Source: Prorocentrum cordatum (Eukaryota). From it: a DNA stretch of 56,900 bases. The translations under genes and the position numbers were made by a program. The notes below the pieces were generated by a model. It was not told the DNA's origin, did not search any database, and saw only the letters and a list, made by a program, of their open reading frames with translations. Location: contig CAUYUJ010000056.1 of NCBI GenBank assembly GCA_963575745.1, forward strand, positions 62,001-118,900. The letters run 5' to 3'. This document shows, piece by piece, positions 49,491 through 56,900 of this stretch. Position 1 is the stretch's first letter, and each line of letters begins with the position of its first letter.

Positions 49491-50819
49491 CCGCTTCGCC
49501 CGACGCTTTGGCGATGTGTCGGCGACGTCGACCTGGAGACATTCGCTCGACGGCGGCACCGCCCCGTTTTACTCGCGCTGGCATCCGCCAGCCCCGTCGA
49601 CCCCTCGGAAGCGAAGTCGAACCTGGAGCGCCCCCTTCGGGCGTCCTGGGGGGGACAAAACGAAGGCGGGAGGAGAACAATATCGGGACGAGATCGGAAA
49701 CAATGAACCTCCGAGGGTCGGCCGTGTTTGACCGATCCGGGTTCCGAAAGCGGCCCCCGGAAGCCGCAATGAAAGAGAACCCGCGGGATTGAAAAACACT
49801 TACCTGACATCCGCCGATCTGATTGCTTCAATCCGCGGCTCCAAAAGTCACGACCGTTTTCCTGAGTGTAGTCTTTCGTGCCGAATTCGTTTGTAGTGGT
49901 CCAGGGGTTGTAAGCGGCCCTCGAAGGCCGAAATCGAAGGAAAACCGCCGGTTGAAAATTTATATAGTTAGAGATCTGGGTATCGTCGGTAGTGCGGGGA
50001 GTAACGGCGCGATGCGGCATACCTCCTGGCGGGCGGATAATATGCTCGACATGCCGGTTGCAGCCTTGTCGACCTCCCCTCGTCTGGGCTGCAAGCGTCA
50101 CTGGGCCAGCGCGCTCCCTCAACTTTCTGTCCGCCTGCTCCTCCTTCTTCTTTTCCTCCTCCTCCTCCTTCTCCTCTTCCTGAAAATATGACAGGGGCTT
50201 CTCCCTGGATGCAGATAGTACTTGAACCAAACGACGTCGGTCGACACACGCCGGCCGGTCCTAACCAAATCGTGTCCGGTACGTTCCGTGCTGCACTTGT
50301 AAGAACAGCCTGCTCGCCCAATCGGAACGTTCAAATCTAACACCCGCCCCGGCTGATGAATCGACAAGAGGGACGGGCGATATGCAAACGCGACTGGGTA
50401 ACGGAAGAGTTCTGAAGAAATACGCAGCGCAGTGAGGCCAGGACTCCATCCTAGCAGGTCAGAGTATGAATACGAAGCCATTGAAAGCATAACCTGTACA
50501 AGCATAAGGCGGCGATGATTTGGGCGTGAACGCGCAAGGGCCTCCTAACACGCGGTACGCTATTTCAGAATGTCGCAGAGCACCAGATTACGCATAATGG
50601 TTAACACGTTATCTAGTGTGTGTGTGTGTGCGTGAGTGTAGACGAACACCCAGATCTCAACTGAATCCTGAGCCCAAATGCCTAGCAGAGCGGCACGCGA
50701 CACTTCATAGCAGGTTCCAGCTCGTGCCTTCCTCTAGCCAAATGTTTACTGATACCTCGTATCTGCATGGACATGTTGTCGTTGCTTACACATTTAGTCA
50801 ATGCATATGCAAGCTTCTC

Positions 50820-51800
50820 ATGAGTTTCTACTTTGATCACTTTGATGTCTCCTCGTCTTACTTTCTGTTGTAATCAAAGCTGACAGACCTCGACGTGCCT
50901 GACTTTGCTCGATCCCTCGCCGGATAGCAATAGCAACGGCTGCGCTGACATCGCTGTTCACTGAGATGCCACCATCAACGTCGAAGTATCCGAGAACTGC
51001 TTGCAGCCATAGCTTTGAGCCACCGTTCACAATTCCGCGATACTCTGCTTCTCCAGAAGATACCGCCACTACTCTCTGAGCCGAAACCCGCGACTTTATC
51101 AAATGTAATCCCCATATTACTGCTCTTCCATTTGTTGACTCACGTGTTTTCTTGCAACCGGCATAGTCGTCGCCAGTCCACGCAGTTAACCCCATTGGGC
51201 GTCATTGGTACAAATACTGCTACCTAACTTGTCGTGGCTCTTGGGGTGCTCGCCCAATTTCGCATGGCCTTTCCATGCCCCTCGAGTTGGGGCCGACATT
51301 GAGCGCGCACATCTCACTCTGTACTGCTCCATGCCAAGATTTCAAAAATGCAAGATGATTTTGGTGCGCCTCATGCCATAACCCATCCTGGTTAAATTCC
51401 ACAATGCGGTTGAGAATCCTTTTTGAATTCAAATATTTGGAACCATAGATTTTCACTGCAAACTCATCATTTATCCCCCTTCGAGCCAGTCAAGATGAGA
51501 AACACTGTCCAAACGAACGCACAATCATGTCCGTGAGCTATTTGCAAGATTCGCCGAGCCATATGTTTGACCACCTATGGCGATGCTGTTCCCCTAGTCA
51601 AAACCAATGACACGTGCAAAATCCACACGACATAACCAGATACCCAGTTGCTGGCGGCGCCCCGAAGGCCCATGGACTTTAGTAGTCTTCCGCGCATGCC
51701 CTGTTCGCGACCTTCGAGTAACCTCATGAAGATGTTATTCTTGTCCTTGGCGTAAAAGCATGCTCGCGCAGCGTCTAAGCTTGAGCCATCTCTCGCGCCC
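50820..51800 (-). pseudogene. Ty1/Copia RT-RNase H remnant
   Basis: LDAARACFYA..GRLLKSMGLRGAASNW; RILNRIV..GLWHEA; GDDYAGCKKTRESTNG..QRVVAVSSGEAEY..SDVSAAVAIAIRRG. Confidence 0.85.
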
Positions 51801-52104
51801 CCCGGACATGCCTTGTCCCATCGGCAACTGCCATCGAAAATAACGGGTAAGTGGGGAGGCTGCAAATGTCTTCTCTTTGGAACTGTATCTAGCTTGCTGG
51901 GCCGCGATCCGAGATCGGCACTCAGGGTGGGCCTCGTCTCCTCCCCCTCCCTCCTCCTCCCTGGGGCCCGGCCCCTGGGCGCCTGGGAAGCGACGGCCCG
52001 AATGCTTCGCTCTCGCGCGCTGCGCCACCGGCGGCAGCGGCAGCAGCAGCCGCGGCAGCGGCGGCGGCAGCAGACCGGCTGCTGAGCAGCAGCAGCAGCA
52101 GAAG

Positions 52105-52135
<31 letters not shown>

Positions 52136-52314
52136 CAGCAGCAGAGCAGCAGCAGCAGCAAAGCGAGGGCAGCAGCAGTAGCATAGCAGCACAGAGCAGC
52201 AGCAAAGCAGCAGTAAAAGAGGTCGCACACTTTCTTCGACAAGGATAACACAAATGAATATCTGAGGGGGACGCACCCACGTATATAGACATGTGCCTAT
52301 GTATGTATGTATGA

Positions 52315-52352
<38 letters not shown>

Positions 52353-52888
52353 GGGAGGACGCCCTGGTATCATCTGAGTTTACATGTGTCCATCACTACA
52401 CACGCCAAAACTAATTGAAAGCTGCTCGTGGCCGGGAACAGGACGCGCTGCGGCTCGCTGTTCCTCCGTCTTCGGCCCCGTGGTGGTCATAACCCGATGG
52501 GGCGGAAAGTTGCTTGGTTTGCACCTGTGCACCCGCGTGCTTTGCTGCTTCTATAACTCGGGCAAGCGCGGGTCGCTCGCGGACGCCCCGAGACAATCTG
52601 CTTCAAAAGAAACCGGGGGGCCCTCTGTAACGAACAAGGCCACGCTGACCAGTCCGCCCAGCGGTTTCTCAACCACCGAATTGAACACTCAGGGCAGACA
52701 CCAGCGCCATATCCGCCTACGGCATCGAAAGGACGCGGACGCCGTCGGGCAACGCGCGGGCGAAGGATGGCGCTGGGCGCGTCGATGGCACCAGCCGACC
52801 AAACAATTCTGAATCAGGCCGTCAAATTCGAATAATGGATAATAATCAACATGAAATGGAATATCCCAGCCCAGGGGGCTCAACGTTG

Positions 52889-52980
<92 letters not shown>

Positions 52981-53144
52981 TCGCCAGCGCGCGGCCACGG
53001 TCGCGGCGAGGCAGCGCAAAGCCGAACTCGGGGGAGGAGAGGGGGAGGAGGTGGAGGAGGGGGAGAAGACGGAGGAGGCGGTGGAGGCAGAGGGGACGAG
53101 GAGGAGGAGAGATGCTGGAAAAGGCGTTGCACCTCGATCCCGCC

Positions 53145-53627
53145 TCACCCCACGCGTTTCGGATCGCCCCCCTCGAATTTCAAGTCCTTCTCCTCGCCTT
53201 TGGGATCCTGGCAAGGTGGCGGGGGCTGAGAACTCGCCCCCTCGCGCGGGCAGCGCAAAATCATGCGCTTGATGCGATCGGACAAGCACGCCTTCACAAC
53301 CATCTCAAGATAACCCACCCGACATGTTAAATCAAATACAGCTTTCCTCAGCTCACGGTTCTGCCTCGCGGGTTCGCCCATGTCTTTCATTGCCTGCAAC
53401 ACCTCCAAGTTTGAGCGGCTGCATGCTGTGAACGTAGCCTCCAGCGCTGACTGCAAGCAATCCTCAAGACCATCGTCCATGCTCTGGTCCTTGCCTGTGT
53501 CCACGTATGCGCCTTTCTCTGCCTGCACGTTGTCATTGCCTGCGCCTTTCTGCGCTGATGGCGAGCGGGATCGGTCGCGGGGACCATCGGGCATCGATAA
53601 CACTGGTTTCGAACGAGGTCCTGACAT
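53145..53627 (-). CDS. Orphan protein, paralog 1 (coiled-coil core, divergent C-terminus)
   Basis: Shares CLQSALEATFTACSRSN..NREL.KAV.DLTCRVGYLEMVVK with paralog 2. Confidence 0.5.
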   Translation of the reverse strand: MSGPRSKPVLSMPDGPRDRSRSPSAQKGAGNDNVQAEKGAYVDTGKDQSMDDGLEDCLQSALEATFTACSRSNLEVLQAMKDMGEPARQNRELRKAVFDLTCRVGYLEMVVKACLSDRIKRMILRCPREGASSQPPPPCQDPKGEEKDLKFEGGDPKRVG

Positions 53628-55120
53628 GCGCGCTGAGCGCGCGGAAAGTACTCGAGCCAATTCGGCCACTCACGAAAGGGGTCGGAGATCAAGATCACGT
53701 TGATTCTCAGCCCGCGAGGTTCAACGTGGGGGCATCGCCCTCGTTGGATGTTTCCGCTCTCGTTCGGCCCCAGACGCCCACGTTCGCAACTTGTCCGATT
53801 GCTTCAACACGCTTTCGGGCATGAATTCCTCCAGGCCACCCCCGTGATCCCGAATGAAAAATCCGCGGGTGGTTTTTTGTTTGCCCATCTCAAACCTGCC
53901 ACGGCCGATCACTAGCACACCCGCCAGGGGCGAGATTAGTCACGCACCCCCCCCAGGACCGAGGGAAGGAGACAACTCCCCAACACAGGCCGCGAGACGC
54001 GATTATCCTGGCGCAACCTTGGGGTGAACTGCGGGAACGCCGTTGCCATCGATATGTCCACCACAACAGCAATGTAGCAACCCAGCAAATAAAAACAAGT
54101 GGTTTCTGATAAGCGGGAGAGGGGGGCCTCGCTGTCGGAGGGGCAGCCGCCGCGCGAAGCGCGGCCATCCTCTCGCCTCTGGAGCCAGCCGCGCGCCAGA
54201 ACCACACTCGCCAACCCAGACCGCAAGGCGCGATTCTCCGGGCGCAGCCTTGGAGTGGATTCCGGAGAAGCCGCCGCCATCGAAATTTGAAGCCACAGCG
54301 GCACTGAAACATTCCAACGATTTTCGCACGAACGTCCTTTGCGGAGGAAGGTCTGGGTGCCAGGGGATCTACCGCCAACCGCAGAAAGAAAGCACATTCG
54401 ATAACCCAGACCACAACGAACAATTCTGGAGCGGCCGTTGCGGCGTGGACTTCTTTTGGGATTGATCCTCAACCTGTCCACACTCTCCCACGCGCCTCCA
54501 GAGATACACCCTCCAGGAGGCACTCGCGTCGGCGGAAAAAAAGAACCGCGCGTGGTCGTTTGCTGGATTCAAGAGCTCCACCGCCGCGGGCTGGGACATC
54601 CGCCACTGCGAGTTCAGCCTCGCATGACTGTCTTGTCGAATCCCCCTACAATGTTGCGGCCTGGACGAGGCAGCGCTCCGCATCACTAATCCCCCGTCCT
54701 TCTCTAAACCCCCCTCACCCCTCCCCCTCTCCCCCCTGCGTGCGTCGCAGAACGTTTACTCGCGGGCGCGTGATTCCGTGCACGGGGGTGCCTCGCCGCC
54801 GTGCGTCGGCGAAATGCAATGTTTACTTGTGTTTGCAAGACGTTGCACAGTATTTTCGAACAGGATAGCACAAACCAACATATGAGAGGGACGCACGCAC
54901 GCATATGTATATATATACATATATACATATATATATATATATGTATATATTCGTATATATGTATATATGTACATATGTACCTCTACACATATATATATAT
55001 ATATATATATGCAGATATATATTCATGCATAGCCGGGTTATATTGGCATTCACTGCTCGAGGCGACCTTGTATAAAGATAAAGTTCAAGCCAATCCAGCA
55101 TGGCCTTGCGGCAAACACAA

Positions 55121-55782
55121 CTACGAAGTGCCTGCCATGTAGAACCTGTGATCCCAAATCCTGTGGCCATCGATCCCGACGAAGCTCGTCGCATAGGTCG
55201 CCCAAATTGTACTTGGGGTCCAGCCGTGGAATCGGTCGTTGTACTGTAAGTCGCGGATGTATACGAACTCGTCGTTGTTCTCCGCGATGTACATCCAGCG
55301 CTTGACGTAGTAGCTCCAGCACCTTGGGCCCCATTGGGTGTCCTCCAGGTTCTGGCGCCACCACGTTGCGTAGTCCTCTTTCGCACGCGCCCGCTTGGAA
55401 CGCGGGCAATTCAAAACCTTCTGTTTAGTTTGATCGGAAAACAAACTTTCACAACCATCTCAAGGTACCCCACCCGACATGTTAAGTCCAATACAGCTTT
55501 TTTCAGCTCGCGGTTATGCCTCGAGGCTTCGTCCATGTCCTTGATTGCCTGCGCCATCTCAAAATTTGAGCGGCTACATGCTGTGAAGGTGGCCTCCAGC
55601 GCTGACTGCAAGCATTCCTCAAAACCATCGCCCGTGCTCTTGTTCTTGTCTTTCCCCTTGCCTGCGGCGTTCTCTGCCTGCAAGTTGTCCTTGCCCGCGC
55701 CTTTCTCTACTGGTGGCGAGCGGGATCGGTCGCGGAGGCTATCGGGCATCGATACAACTTTCTTCGAGTGCAACCCTGACAT
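55121..55782 (-). pseudogene. Orphan protein, paralog 2 (~220 aa if a 1-nt deletion near 55440 is repaired; W/Y-rich C-terminal domain)
   Basis: Alignment to paralog 1 continues across the frameshift (SDQTKQKVLNCPR vs SDRIKRMILRCPR). Confidence 0.55.
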
Positions 55783-56900
55783 GCGCGCTGGGCGCGCGGA
55801 AAGTACTCGAGCCAATTCGGCCAGTCGCGAGAGAGCTGCGAATCGTCGTTGTCCTCTCCCTCGCCCTCCCCCCCCCTGCCTCCTCCTGCGTCCTCTTTGG
55901 CGCGCGCACGTCCCACTCTCGATGTGTCGCGCTGCCCTGCGAACGCGGATTCTGCCGCCGCGCGACGGAGCGCGACCATCCTCGCGCTCCTAGCGCCAAC
56001 CGCATGGAGAAAGCACACTTACTAACCCAGACCGAAAGGCGCGATTTTCCTGGCGCGGCCGTTGGATGTGGATTTTTTTGGGGCTCGGTGCCCGCCCGGT
56101 CCAAAGGCTCCAACGCGCCTCCGTATGGAAGCCCGCCAGGAGGCGCGCCCGTTGGGCCCGAGAAAAAAAACCGCGTGTGGTTTTTTACGGCCTTCACAAC
56201 CTTCACCGCCGCACGACGAGACATCCGCGCGCTGCGAGTTCGCCCTCGCATGGCCCTTGTCGGCGCCTCCTACAATGTGGCGACTTGGAAGAGAAAGCGA
56301 TCGCATTACGATTCCCTCTCCTTCTCTAAACCCCCCTCGCCCCTCCTCCGTTCCCCATGCGCGCATCGCGGCAGCTCAACTAGCCAGCGCATAATTCCGT
56401 GCACGCGTGGGCCTCGCCGCCGTGCATCGGCGAAGTGCGCTGTTGACCTGTGCAGCAAGACGCTGCGTTATACGTTCGACAAGGATACCATAAGGATGCA
56501 TGCGAGGGGGACGCCCACACGCATTACTGCGACGGGGGGGGGGCGCCCCTGCAGCATCATCGGGATGTGCACAAGTGACGCTGCACACGCAAAAAAAACT
56601 GGAAACCTGCTCATGAAGTGGCAACCGCCACAAGCCGCTGGCCGAGCGCCCGCCACCACTGACGCGCTACAAGAACCCCTCAGTAATCCGTTTTGCCGTC
56701 GCAATCGGCTCCTCCTGGCGCTCGGGACCGCTCGCAACGCTAGAAGTCGAAGCCGCGGCGGCGCCCCTCATCTTGGACAGGCTGCCGGCGATTATCTCGG
56801 GGTCCTCTCAGACCGCTTCGAATGGCAGGATGCAATGGGCAACGCGCAGGATGAACCGCAGGTTCCAATACTGGACATTCACTGCTATTCCGTAATCCCC

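Overview
High-GC, repeat-saturated eukaryotic DNA with no recognisable intact host gene. It is most likely a dinoflagellate nuclear genome, inferred from a 20/22 match to the dinoflagellate spliced leader at 27429-27450(-). Main contents: (1) a structurally complete but mutated tyrosine-recombinase retrotransposon (36918-43749, -) with split direct repeats A1..B1-A2-B2, gag-like, RT, RNase H and YR regions and a captured C5-cytosine DNA methyltransferase, integrated at a CAT core in a (CAT)n tract; (2) a full-length APE/RT LINE (~21680-27450, -) whose 5' end is a spliced-leader relic; (3) a decayed second LINE and two Copia pol remnants; (4) several satellites (11, 73, ~90 and 101 bp, plus a hexamer with a 155-bp higher-order unit), several bounded by shared hairpin termini, one with Helentron/DINE-1-like subterminal inverted repeats; (5) small fold-back elements and a tandemly duplicated orphan ORF. 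Inactivating substitutions at conserved sites are strongly skewed A:T->G:C. Most long ORFs in the track are low-complexity artefacts. All family assignments rest on motif recognition by eye; no searches were run.
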